From Macrostomum lignano (Eukaryota), in assembly GCA_002269645.1 (NCBI GenBank), contig NIVC01000422.1, positions 1 through 64,000 of the forward strand: a stretch of 64,000 nt of DNA, written 5' to 3'. The notes beneath the pieces are model-generated. The model saw only the letters and a program-made list of their open reading frames with translations, made no database searches and was not told the DNA's origin. Position numbers and translations under genes: made by a program. The number at the start of each line of letters is the position of its first letter. Position 1 is the stretch's first letter. Shown here in pieces: positions 48,701 to 60,949 of the stretch.

Positions 48701-50529
48701 TTTATGGTTTACGATGGTTAAGATGGTATCGCTTGGTAAAGAAGCTTTTGTTGCTGCTACTAATCATGATCAGATGTATCCTTTTAAACTACTGCGAGAG
48801 TAGTGAAGTAGGAGTCACTTTGCATCATGGGCATTGCACATGTGCACCCGTCTTTTTGTAGTTGAAGGCCGGCTCCATCAATCGATGATTCTGGGCGCTG
48901 CTATTCAGAGCAGAGCTTCATTGTTGTCTGCAAAAATCTCCGGCAGAGACTGGGACCCAGAAGCAAACAGAAATTGTCTTTTAAAAGCCGCAGTCAGACT
49001 CACTCTGGTTGAAATTGATTTCTTGTAAAACTGGCTTGAAAATTCTGGCTACAGCCCCCCCCCCCTGCCTGTCCCTCACGCTCACGTTTCAGCAGTTGCG
49101 TTTTAACTTGCATGGCTACAGCTTAAAACTGCTTAGTGCGTAAGAAGTATTACTTTCTAAGAAAATATTGGAGGAAAGGTTAGAAATGGAGACTTGATGA
49201 GTCTGGTTAGTTTTGTTTTTTAATTGCAATCAATATCTGAATTGTATTCTGTTTAAACAATGAGTTTTAAGCACCATGCACTGATAACACTTGAATTTGA
49301 CAACCCTAGTATTCACAAAGCATGTGATTCCAACTAAAAATAAACAATTTTGCACAATTAATTCTTCTATGCATACTACTTTTCTACGAGTATTTCAGTA
49401 GTAAAAGTTGAAGAATTTCCATCGAAAATTCATAAATAAAGGCAAAAAACGCTTTTTACTTAAATTATTTGATAAATAATTATGCTACTTGATCTACTAT
49501 AATATTTATTTAGGCAATATGTCAAATTATTCGCGTACAATATCAACAGGAAAAAATTAATAGGCCAACAAAATAAAGCACAATAAATGAATTCGATTAA
49601 AATCAGAACATGCTTCATTTTGTTAGCTATGAAATCAGTTAACAACGATTTGCAATGGAAATAATACAGCAAAAGTGTGCTTATTGCTAGTCAAAAAAAA
49701 AATAACAAACTACGACTATAACAATATTAAGTAATTATAATAAAATAATTAAATCAAATTGAGCTACCAGTTAACTAGGACTTATAATAGGTTTTACTAC
49801 CTAATAACAATAATAATTGTGCAATTAGCAGACATTCTATAAGGCACAAAAAATTAAATTAATTATTTTGCTAACTGTCGAAATTTAAGGAAAAAATGAG
49901 AAAAGTCGCACTACTCTACTGACACTGCGATATCAGTAGGATGTTAAGAAAACTAATTTTGTTCGCTTGCGTAAAATTTGAAACAAAAAATTGCTTAAAA
50001 TCTTGATTAAAACATTAACTCCGATTGTTGGGAATTGGTTGGAGAAGTTCAGATGATATAAAAATATTAATAGTACCAATAACGTCAAAATATAAACTTT
50101 GCGACTAGAACAAACAGTATTGAGGATCCTGTCCAAAGTCCATTTCACTCTGAGCATCTGGGAAACCGCCTGTTGATTTTTTTTCAAGTGCACGCACACT
50201 CAATGTCTGCCTAATCTGCAATACTGCCCCAAGTCCACTGACTCTGAAATACAAAAGTTGAATCATGGCTCTCTTAGTGGGAACCAAAAAAGCACGAATT
50301 AAAATAATTTAAATATTTTTAAACTGTCATACTGATTAAAACTAAGATTAGCAAACTTAAAATCTTTTTTTACAAAAAAGCTCATAATTGCGAATGTACC
50401 GTCATGTGGGCAAATATTTTGTCATATTGACGAGATATATTTTTAGGATTTAGGTTAAAATATGACTATAAAGATCAAACATTTCAACTACGCGCTAGAT
50501 ATTACAGCATTTTACAGCATTACAGCAGA

Positions 50530-51150
50530 CTCTCGGGGCGATTCTCTAGGAATCTCAGGGACGATTCTCTAGAAATCTCGGGGCGATTCTCTTGGAATCT
50601 CAGAGGTGATTTTTTAGGACTCGGGGCGATTCTCTAGAAAACTCAAAGGCGATTTTCTAAGAATCACAGGGGCGATTTTTTAGGAATCTCAGGGGCGATT
50701 CTCTAGAAATCTCAGGGGCGATTTTTTAGGAATCTCAGGGGAATTCTCTAGGAAACTCGGGGGCGATTCTATAGAAATCTCAGGGGAATTTTCTAGGAAT
50801 CTCTGGGGCGATTCTCTAGAAATCTCAGGGGCGATTCTCTAGGAATCTCGGGGGCGATTTTTTAGAAATCTCAGGGGCGATTCTATAGAAATCTCAGAGG
50901 CGATTTTTTAGAAATCCCAGGGGCGATTCTCTAGGAATCTCGGGGGGGGGGCGATTTTCTAGAAATCTCAGGGGCGATTCTCTAAAAATCTCAGGGGCGA
51001 TTCTCTAGGAATCTCAGGGGCGATTTTCTAGAAATCTCAGGGGCGATTTTCTAGAAATCTCAGGGGCGATTCTCTAAAAATCTCAGGGGCGATTCTCTAA
51101 AAATCTCAGGGGCGATTCTCTAAAAATCTCAGGGACGATTCTTTAAAAAA
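50530..51150. repeat. 23-bp minisatellite CTCTAGAAATCTCAGGGGCGATT just downstream of the TMEM65 stop
   Basis: Units directly visible. Confidence 0.95.
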
Positions 51151-51208
51151 TCGATTTCTATTTTTAAAAAATAACTTGCACAGTTAAACCTAGTCGATCA
51201 ATCATATG

Positions 51209-54189
51209 TTATTTCCCTTTATCATCCTCGCCGTCAGCCTCATCGGTGTCAATAAACAGCAGGGGCAGCATGCCCAGAAGGCAGCCCAGCGAGATGCCCA
51301 GACTCCGGCCAAACACGGTGGCCCATCTGGTCGATCGCAGCTCCAGCTGTTGCGGAGTCAATCTGGGCGTCTCGAACCCCAGCCGGCTGGTCATGCCTTC
51401 CACCCAGCCGGCCAGGCTGAGGCCGGCCAGGTCGGACACCCAGTTGCCAAGCGCCGCTGCGGCTAACGTGCTGATGCAGAAAGCTGCACCCAGGGTCAAG
51501 TCAATGTACTCGCCCTGTCAGTTGGAGAGCGCGCTGGGAGGTTTAACACTCAGTTATAGATGATTTTTTGTCTCGGTTGTCCATCTCAGCCTCTCTATAT
51601 CCACCTCCATCTCCCCATCCCCCTCTCATCAATCTCACCCTCCCTCTCATCAATCTCACCCTCTCCCTCTCATCAATGTCACCCTCTCATCAATGTCACC
51701 CTCTCCCTCTCATCAATGTCACCCTCTCCCTCTCATCAATGTCACCCTCTCCCTCTTATCAATGTCACCCTCTCCCTCTTATCAATGTCACCCTCTCCCT
51801 CTTATCAATGTCACCCTCTCATCAATGTCACCCTCTCCCTCTCATCAATGTCACCCTCTCCCTCTCATCAATGTCACCCTCTCCCTCTCATCAATGTCAC
51901 CCTCTCCCTCTCATCAATGTCACCCTCTCCCTCTCATCAATGTCACCCTCTCCCTCTTATCAATGTCACCCTCTCCCTCTTATCAATGTCACCCTCTCAT
52001 CAATGTCACCCTCTCCCTCTTATCAATGTCACCCTCTCCCTCTTATCAATGTCACCCTCTCATCAATGTCACCCTCTCCCTCTCATCAATGTCACCCTCT
52101 CATCAATGTCACCCTCTCCCTCTCATCAATGTCACCCTCTCCCTCTCATCAATGTCACCCTCTCCCTCTCATCAATGGTCACCCTCTCCCTCTCATCAAT
52201 GTCACCCTCTCCCTCTTATCAATGTCACCCTCTCATCAATGTCACCCTCTCCCTCTCATCAATGTCACCCTCTCATCAATGTCACCCTCTCCCTCTCATC
52301 AATGTCACCCTCTCCCTCTCATCAATGTCACCCTCTCCCTCTCATCAATGGTCACCCTCTCCCTCTCATCAATGTCACCCTCTCCCTCTCATCAATGTCA
52401 CCCTCTCCCTCTCATCAATGGTCACCCTCTCCCTCTCATCAATGGTCACCCTCTCCCTCTCATCAATGTCACCCTCTCCCTCTCATCAATGTCACCCTCT
52501 CCCTCTCATTAATGTCACCCTCTTCCTCTCATCAATGTCACCCTCTCCCTCTCATCAATCTCACCCTCTTCCTCTCATCAATCTCACCCTCTCCCTCTCA
52601 TCAATCTCACCCTCTTCCTCTCATCAATGTCATCCTCTCCATCTCATCAATGTCACCCTCTCCCTCTCATCAATCTCATACTCTCCCTCTCATTAACATG
52701 ATAATCTCCCTCTCATTAACATGATAATCTCCCTCTCATTAACATGATAATCTCCCCCTCAACCCAAGTCCCATACCCTTAGCATCCACAGCAAACTCAC
52801 AGCCACAATCATGATGGCATTGTCGAAGAATCCAAATCCAACAAACGGAATGGCGCTTAAAGTGAACACTGAAATAAATATTTAACAATGAAACAGAGTA
52901 ACTAGCAGAACAATAAGGAAAATGATTAATATTATACAATATTCGTACCTTGACGTAATTGATCTCTTGTAGGCTGAGCCACTCCAGCAGTAGCAGTTTT
53001 AGTTTCAGGCTCCGCTGACGCAGCTGAAGCGCTTGTTTGATCGGCTGTTGAAAAATTAAATAAGATGTCGCATAATTTAATAAAAAATACATATAATACG
53101 TAACAGGATCTAGGAGGCTGGTGACCGAGCAACTGAGGATCTGGGAGGCTGGTGACCGAGCAACTGAGGATCTGGGAGGCTGGTGACCCAGCAACTGAGG
53201 ATCTGGGAGGCTGGTGACCCAGCAACTGAGGATCTGGGAGTCTGGTGACCGAGCAACTGAGGATCTGGGAGGCTGGTGACCCAGCAACTGAGGATCTGGG
53301 AGGCTGGTGACCCAGCAACTGAGGATCTGGAAAGCTGGTGACCAGCAACTGAGGATCTGGGAAGTTGGTGACCCAGCAACTGAGGATCTGGGAGGCTGGT
53401 GACCCAGCAACTGAGGATCTGGGAAGTTGGTGACCCAGCAACTGAGGATCTGGGAGGCTGGTGACCCAGCAACTGAGGATCTGGAAAGCTGGTGACCGAG
53501 CAACTGAGGATCTGGGAGGCTGGTGACCCAGCAACTGAGGATCTGGGAAGTTGGTGACCAGCAACTGAGGATCTGGGAGGCTGGTGACCCAGCAACTGAG
53601 GATCTGGGAAGCTGGTGACCCAGCAACTGAGGATCTGGGAGGCTGGTGGTCCAGCAACTGTGGATCTGGGAGGCTGGCCCATCAACTGAGGATCTGGGAG
53701 GCTGGTGACCCAGCCACTGAGGATCTGGGAGGCTGGTGACCCAGCAACTGAGGATCTGGGAGGCTTGTGACCCAGCCACTGAGGATCTGGGAGGCTGGCC
53801 CAGCCACTGAGGATCTGGGAGGCTGGCCCAGCCACTGAGGATCTGGGAGGCTGGCCCAGCAACTGAGGATCTGGGAGGCTGGTAAAATCCAGCCAAGGCT
53901 CCTCACCCGCAGTCCCATGTTGCTCAGCATCCAGTCTCAAAGCGGCCATCAGTTCTAACCGCTCCATCGCGTTGAGCCGGCGCACGTAGCTGCTGGCCCA
54001 TTTCGGAGGCCGCTTGAGCACAGTGCAGCGAACCGGACTGGTGCTAATGCTGCGACTATTTAACTGGTTGGCGTGACGAGGAACCGCCACATTTCCATGG
54101 CAACAAGAGTTCGAGGCCAGAATAGCAGATTGTATAAAAACATTCTTGGTCTTCTGTAGGTGACTCGCCAGCATGACTGATAGCAGCAT
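51209..54189 (-). CDS. TMEM65: TMEM65 mitochondrial inner-membrane protein; exons 54189-53907, 53044-52949, 52868-52801, 51514-51209
   Basis: QPTRDQLRQV..SAIPFVGFGFFDNAIMIVA-GEYIDLTLG..ISTLAAAALGNWVSDLAG...GCLLGMLPLLF; basic presequence-like N-terminus; GT-AG sites in phase. Confidence 0.93.
51600..52760. repeat. 23-bp intronic minisatellite TCATCAATGTCACCCTCTCCCTC
   Basis: Units directly visible; ORFs 51560, 51568 and 51693 are artefacts. Confidence 0.95.
53105..53885. repeat. 28/31-bp intronic minisatellite CAGCAACTGAGGATCTGGGAGGCTGG(TGA)CC
   Basis: Units directly visible; same family as 60262-60575. Confidence 0.95.
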
Positions 54190-54404
54190 AAAGTGAAAGA
54201 GCTAATAATTAGTTCAGCTTTTAACTATAAAAAGTACTTTAAGTATCTACGAAACTTTTAAACAACATCAAATAGTCCTTGAATTATTGTTGGACCCTGG
54301 CAACTGTCAGGGCATGTACACCCTGGGGGGAGGGGGTGAGAAAACCAAGAATCCAACATGTACTTGTACATGACTAAATTCCCATTTCCATTATTTTGAG
54401 AAAC

Positions 54405-55215
54405 GTGTTGTCAGCGCTCATTATAGCGCCGCAGGCACTCATTTTAGCGCCGCAGGCACTCATTTTAGCGTCGCAGTCACTCATTTTAGCGCCGCAGGCA
54501 CTCCTTTTGGCACCGCAGGCACTCATTTTGGCACCGCAAGCACTCATTTTGGCACCGCAGACACTCATTTTGGCACCGCAGACACTCATTTTGGCACCGC
54601 AGGCACTCATTTTGGCACCGCAGGCACTCATTTTAGCGCCGCAGGCACTCATTTTAGCGCCGCAGGCACTCATTTTAGCGCCGCAGTCCCTCATTTTAGC
54701 GCCGCAGGCATTCATCTTAGCGCCACAGCCACTCATTTTAGCGCCGCAGGCACTCATTTTAGCGCCGCAGGCACTCATTTTAGCACCGCAGGCACTCATT
54801 TTAGCGCCGCAGGCACTCATTTTAGCACCGCAGGCACTCATTTTAGCGCCGCAGGCACTCATTTTAGCACCGCAGGCACTCATTATAGCGCCGCAGGCAC
54901 TCATTTTAGCGCCGCAGGCACTCATTTTAGCGCCGCAGGCGCTCATTTTAGCGCCGCAGGCACTCATTATAGCGCCGCAGGCACTCATTTTAGCGCCGCA
55001 GGCACTCATTTTAGCGCCGCAGGCACTCATTTTAGCGCCGCAGGCACTCATTTTAGCGCCGCAGGCACTCATTTTAGCGCCGCAGGCACTCATTTTAGCG
55101 CCGCAGGCACTCATTATAGCGCCGCAGGCACTCATTTTAGCGCCGCAGGCACTCATTTTGGCGCCGCAGGCACTCCTTTTAGCGCCGCAGGCACTCATTT
55201 TAGCACCGCAGGCGC
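54405..55215. repeat. 21-bp minisatellite GCAGGCACTCATTTTAGCGCC, possibly internal to a non-autonomous transposon (~54290-55345)
   Basis: About 38 copies; GC-rich flanks such as GGGGGACATGTCCCC. Confidence 0.95.
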
Positions 55216-55600
55216 TATATTTTGGTGCCCTGAAGAAAAATAATTGATTACCTCAACGGGTCACAAGGTGGGGTGGGGGACCATAGCTTTTACTGGGGGA
55301 CATGTCCCCTCTGTCCCCCCCCCGGTGGCGAGGCGCCTACCCGGGGGTATACTATACGTTTATAGTACATTAAAAGAACAAACTAAAACATACCTATTGG
55401 ACAATATTTCCATATGAAAATTGTCAAGTGTATTTCAACACATGCCAAGTTTATTTTATTTTAACCAAACAACTAGTACAGGTACAAACGGTTTCTTTAA
55501 TAGTGTAATTAGTCAACTAAGAAATGCCAATTAACATTATTAATATACAAACAGGATAAAGTTTATAGTTGAAGTAAAATAAACTTATTGAACGCCAGAA

Positions 55601-55876
55601 TCAGTTGTCGGGTCCTTCACCACCGGGAATCATCAATGCAATATTGTTGCCATTGAGCAGTATCTGCTCAAGCCTCGTAACTTTCTTACCCTGAGAGCTG
55701 ATCTCGTACACCACAACATCCTCAAGCACCATATTCACGTAGGGATCAAATCCCAACAAGGTGCCAACAAGTTCTTTGTCGCCTTTCATTTTGATGTGAA
55801 TTTTCGAACCGATGCACTTGTCAACGAGTTCCAGTGGCATGATTTGAGACGGATTCTGGGGACCTGAGCTGGCCAT
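55601..55876 (-). CDS. LSM5: U6 snRNA-associated Sm-like protein LSm5 (91 aa, no intron in the CDS)
   Basis: [41 protein letters not shown]...[21 protein letters not shown]. Confidence 0.97.
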   Translation of the reverse strand: MASSGPQNPSQIMPLELVDKCIGSKIHIKMKGDKELVGTLLGFDPYVNMVLEDVVVYEISSQGKKVTRLEQILLNGNNIALMIPGGEGPDN

Positions 55877-55944
55877 GGCTGAAAGCTGAAGGTTTCTCGC
55901 AGTTCAAAATATGGTTTTTAAGATTGCTTACCTGGTGTCAAGCT

Positions 55945-56790
55945 GAAGGAGAATTACCCTACTAGTATCAAGCTGAAGGGAATTACCGTACTAGTACCAA
56001 GCTGAAGGGGAATTACCCTACTAGTATCAAGCTGAAGGGGAATTACCGTACTAGTACCAAACTGAAGGGGAATTACCCTACTAGTATCAAGCTGAAAGGG
56101 AATTACCCTACTAGTATCAAGCTAAAGGGGAATCACCCTACTAGTATCAAGCTGAAGGGGAATCACCCTACTAGTATCAAGCCGAAAGGGAATCACCCTA
56201 CTAGTATCAAGCTGAAGGGGAATTACCCTACTAGTAGCAAGCTAAAGGGGAATTACCCTTCTAGTAGCAAGCTGAAGGGGAATTACCCTACTAGTAGCAA
56301 GCTGAAGGGGAATTACCCTACTAGTATCAAGCTGAAGGGGAATCACCCTACTAGTATCAAGCTGAAGGGGAATCACCCTACTAGTATCAAGCCGAAAGGG
56401 AATTACCCTACTAGTATCAAGCTGAAGGGGAATTACCCTACTAGTATCAAGCCGAAAGGGAATTACCCTACTAGTATCAAGCCGAAAGGGAATTACCCTA
56501 CTAGTATCAAGCCGAAAGGGAATTACCCTACTAGTATCAAGCTGAAGGGGAATTACCCTACTAGTATCAAGCTGAATGGGAATTACCGTACTAGTATCAA
56601 GCTGAAGGGGAATTACTAGTATCAAGCTGAGGGGGAATTACCCTACTAGTATCAAGCTGAAGGGGAATTACCCTACTAGTATCAAGCTGAAGGGGAATTA
56701 CCCTACTAGTATCAAGCTGAGGGGGAATTACCCTACTAGTATCAAGCTGAAGGGGAATTACTAGTATCAAGCTGAGAGGGAATTACCTGA
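55945..56790. repeat. 30-bp minisatellite AATTACCCTACTAGTATCAAGCTGAAGGGG
   Basis: Units directly visible. Confidence 0.95.
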
Positions 56791-57242
56791 GAATTATCTG
56801 ATTTCGGAGGGAATTACTCAGATTTCACGAGGCCCAAAGCTCCCTAGTAAAATATTTAACAAACCAAAGCGAGACAGAACAATTAAAAAATTGTGTAAAT
56901 CAACAAAATTAATGCCAATACAATCAGTCTGTTTTCCACCGTGTATTTTCCAATTTTAAAGTTCAACCGACAGATGTCCGCCCGGACAGAGTTCATCGAG
57001 TTTTGAAAGAATATGGCCTGAGAAGCATGCTGACAGCATGAAAACATGTGTAAACCAAGTTGACAATTGACGATGAAAATAATTTGCATGCATACATACG
57101 AACATTTCGGGGATCGGGGGCACACGATCGTCTATTCTAAAGCTGGCTAAATAATCCAAGCTGAAGCTAACTATTTTGACCTAAAAAATTTGATGATCGA
57201 ACTTATCCGGAAATGTAAACCTTAACTAAACTGACCTTTAAC

Positions 57243-58050
57243 GGAGCAACGCAGGCACACGAAATTTTTATTGCACACCTTCTCAAACAAGAATCAGGTC
57301 GCTTAGCCCCCCCGGACCGTCGAGATATTCGACGATTCTGACAGAAGATCGGATTTTTCCCATAAGCGCCAGTGTATTCAGTGCACCCTGTGCGCCAATC
57401 AGCACTGCGCCTCGGTGCAGCCTTGCCAAGTCCCGAAATTTCAACAGCACGTCGATCACATGCGTCTGCATTAGCTCTGACTTGATTGGTCACTGGCCTT
57501 CACCCAGGCGGAGCCTCTGGACCCTCAACAGGTAGCAAGATGACAATGTAGATCCTGTTGCAACTGTCAGATTTTTCTTATCAAGCTTCAATGATGGGCA
57601 AAACTCAACTGCTGGAGACATTCTCAGCTGGTCTCTCAAGTATTCCGTCATCACCCGGACGCTGTCGGCACCTTCAACAGGTGGCACCAGGTGACTATGA
57701 AGATCAACGTTGCAACAACGTGTTCATAGTCACCAATTGCCACCTTTTGAAGGTCCAGAAGCTCCGCCTGGGTGAAGGCCAGCGACCAACGAAGGCAGAG
57801 CTGCTGCAGACGCATGCGATCGACGTGCTGATGAAATTTGGAGGCTTGGCAAGGCTGCACTAAGGCGCAGTGCTGATTGGCGCACAGGGGTGTACTGAAT
57901 ACACTGGCGCTTATGGGAAAAGTCCGACCTTCTGGCAGAATCGTCGAATATCTCGACGGTCCGGGGGGCTGGCGACTTGATTCTTGTTTGAGAAGGTGCG
58001 CAATAAAAAGTTAGTCAGTGTTCTTGAATTTCACGTGCCTGCGTTGCTCC
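57243..58050. repeat. Foldback: ~300-bp diverged inverted arms (57243-57540 / 57737-58050) of coding-like sequence with an internal hairpin
   Basis: GGAGCAACGCAGGCAC vs GTGCCTGCGTTGCTCC; CCCATAAGCGCCAGTGTATTCAGT vs ACTGAATACACTGGCGCTTATGGG; GGTGACTATGAA/TTCATAGTCACC at 57689-57735. Confidence 0.9.
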
Positions 58051-58109
58051 AATACGGCGCGGCAAAAACATTATCAGGGGAGGGGGAATCCCTGATTTGG
58101 TAGTTCTAC

Positions 58110-59585
58110 TGTTAAACAGATCTAAAACTAGCTAAATAGACCTAAAAAACACTAAGCGGACCTGAAACCAACTAGATAGACCTAAAAAACTAACTAAATA
58201 GAACTAAAACTAGCTAAATAGACCTAAAAAACACTAAGCGGACCTGAAACCAACTAGATAGACCTAAAAAACTAACTAAATAGAACTAAAACTAGCTAAA
58301 TAGACCCAAAAAACACTAAACGGACCTGAAACCAACAGATAAACCTAAAAAACTAACTAAATAAAACTAAAACTAGCTGAATAGACCTAAAAAACACTAA
58401 ACGGACCTGAAACCAACTAGATAGACCTAAAAAACTAACTAAATAGAACTAAAACTAGCTAAATAGACCCAAAAAAAACACTAAACGGACCTGAAACCAA
58501 CAGATAGACCTAAAAAACTAACTAAATAGAACTAAAACTAGCTAAATAAACCCAAAAAAACACTAAACGGACCTGAAACCAACTAGATAGACCTAAACTA
58601 ACTAAATAAAACTTAAACTAGCTAAATAGACCCAAAAACACTAAACGGACCTGAAACCAACTAGATAGACCTAAAAAACTAACTAAATAGAACTAAAACT
58701 AGCTAAATAAACCCAAAAAACACTAAAAGGACCTGAAACCAACTAGATAGACCTAAAACTAACTAAATAAAACTAAAACTATCTAAATAGACCCAAAAAC
58801 ACTAAACGGACCTGAAACCAACTAGATAGACCTAAAAAACTAACTAAATAGAACTAAAACTAGCTAAATAGACCCAAAAAACACTAAACGGACCTGAAAC
58901 CAACAGATAAACCTAAAAAACTAACTAAATAAAACTAAAACTAGCTGAATAGACCTAAAAAACACTAAACGGACCTGAAACCAACTAGATAGACCTAAAA
59001 AACTAACTAAATAGAACTAAAACTAGCTAAATAGACCCAAAAAAACACTAAACGGACCTGAAACCAACAGATAGACCTAAAAAACTAACTAAATAGAACT
59101 AAAACTAGCTAAATAAACCCAAAAAACACTAAAAGGACCTGAAACCAACTAGATAGACCTAAAAAACTAACTAAATAGAACTAAAACTAGCTAAATAGAC
59201 CCAAAAAAACACTAAACGGACCTGAAACCAACAGATAGACCTAAAAAACTAACTAAATAGAACTAAAACTAGCTAAATAGACCCAAAAAACACTAAACGG
59301 ACCTGAAACCAACAGATAGACCTAAAAAACTAACTAAATAGAACTAAAACTAGCTAAATAAACCCAAAAAACACTAAAAGGACCTGAAACCAACTAGATA
59401 GACCTAAAACTAACTAAATAAAACTAAAACTATCTAAATAAACCCAAAAAACACTAAGCGGACCTGAAACCAACCAGATAGACCTAAAAAACTAACCAAA
59501 TAGAACTAAAACTAGCTAAATAGACCCAAAAAACACTAAACGGGACCTGAAACCAACTAAATAGACCTAAAAAACTAACTAAACT
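58110..59585. repeat. AT-rich satellite, ~82-bp higher-order unit of four ~20-bp monomers, ~18 copies
   Basis: AACTAAAACTAGCTAAATAG-ACCTAAAAAACACTAAGCGG-ACCTGAAACCAACTAGATAG-ACCTAAAAAACTAACTAAATAG. Confidence 0.92.
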
Positions 59586-59719
59586 CGCATAAAGACAGTT
59601 ATAGTCCGGACATAAAAATTACCACAACTGAAACTAGCCCACGTCTTTTAAAAAACGGTTCCTTACTCAACTCGAACTCAATATTCCACAAACAAAGCCC
59701 CGTAAATGAAATGAGTTGC

Positions 59720-60854
59720 TCAATCTTCATCCGCAGGCGGCGGAAAGTGCTGCCTGGGAATGAACGGCAATTCTGGGATTTCCGGTTGCAGCATCAACGG
59801 GGCCTGAAACGGATTCAACCCGATTAGAGGAGGCAGCACGCCCGGCAGATCCAGCCATGGAGCCGGCGGCGCTAACGGGGCGAGCTCACGGCTGCTTAGC
59901 CTTGCCAGCATTCGTCGACGCTTGACTCGCTCCTCGTGAAATACTCGATAGGCTTCATAGTAGTTCACCTCCAGGCCCTGCAGGGTGGCAGAGGGGGATT
60001 TGGGATTGCTCAAAATGGGGATTCAGAACTGTTCAAAATGGCGATTTGGGACTGCTCAAAACAGGGATTTAGGACTGCTCAAAATGGAGGTTTCGGACTA
60101 CTCAAAATGGGGATTTTGTACTGCTTGAAATGAGGATTTGGGGACTGCTCAAAATGAAGATTTGGGACTGCTCAAAATGGGGATTTGGGACTGCTCACAA
60201 TGGGGATTAGGAACTGCTCAAAATTAGGATTTGGGACTGCTCGAAATGGGAATTTGAGACTGGCCCGGCAACTGAGGATCTGTGAGGCTGGCCCAGCAAC
60301 TGAGGATCTGGGAGGCTGGCCCAGCAACTGACACTCTGGGATGCTGGCCCAGCAACTGAGGATCTGGGAGTTTGGCCCAGCAACTGAGGATCTGTGAGAC
60401 TGGCCCAGCAACTGACACTCTGGGAGGCTGGCCCAGCAACTGAGGATCTATGAGTTTGGCCCAGCAACTGACACTCTGGGAGGCTGGCCCGGCAACTGAG
60501 GATATGGGAGGCTGGCCCGGCAACTGAGGATCTGGGAGGCTGGCCCAGCAACTGAGGATCTGGGAGGCTGGCCCGGCACCCTTACCCAAGCAAGCTCACC
60601 TGCCGTTCGGCCTGCAGGTACTGAGCAACCCTCTCAGAGCCGGTGCCATAGTCCCTAACCAGCATAGGCCGCCACACATAGTTGTCAGAGTGCAGCAGTT
60701 GCAGACGGCGGCAAGCCTCTCCCAGCGAGCAGACAGCGCGAGGCCCGTGGCAGTAGCGCATGATCCGCAGCACCAGCTCTGTAGGCAGGCCGGTCAGGCC
60801 TCGGAGCGGCAGGCCGCAGGCTTCGTGTATGGCCGACTTGGCTCGTTCGGCTAT
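59720..60854 (-). CDS. FBXO7: 3' part of an FBXO7/Nutcracker-like F-box protein; exons 60854-60600 and 59977-59720; upstream exons not found
   Basis: F-box GLTGLPTELVLRIMRYCHGPRAVCSLGEACRRLQLLHSDNYVWRPMLVRDY, then YYEAYR and a Pro-rich tail (PPAPWLDLPGVLPPLIG), the FBXO7 layout; both junctions phase 0. Confidence 0.7.
60000..60260. repeat. 23-bp intronic repeat GGGGATTTGGGACTGCTCAAAAT
   Basis: Units directly visible. Confidence 0.85.
60262..60575. repeat. 28-bp intronic minisatellite CAGCAACTGAGGATCTGGGAGGCTGGCC
   Basis: Same unit as the TMEM65 intron-1 array. Confidence 0.95.
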
Positions 60855-60949
60855 CTAGAAAAATTGATGCGCGAATTAGACTACTTAATAAAGTAAAAGT
60901 ATGCAGTTTTAATTTAAGTCCGTGTTGTGCTGAATTCTAAAGGGAAACG

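Noticed and set aside
53105-53885. CTGAGGA (CUGANGA) in every repeat unit, as in hammerhead satellites or retrozymes
   Set aside because: No stem II-GAAA-stem III-NUH arrangement follows.
51560-56625. Long ORFs at 51560-52724, 52739-53896, 54374-55247 and 56242-56625 (also 186-680 and 12774-13092)
   Set aside because: Stop-free translations of minisatellites open in several frames or both strands. Only the short TMEM65 exons inside them are real coding sequence.
50530-56790. Regular 21-31-bp arrays resembling CRISPR repeats
   Set aside because: No unique spacers, no cas genes, eukaryotic context.
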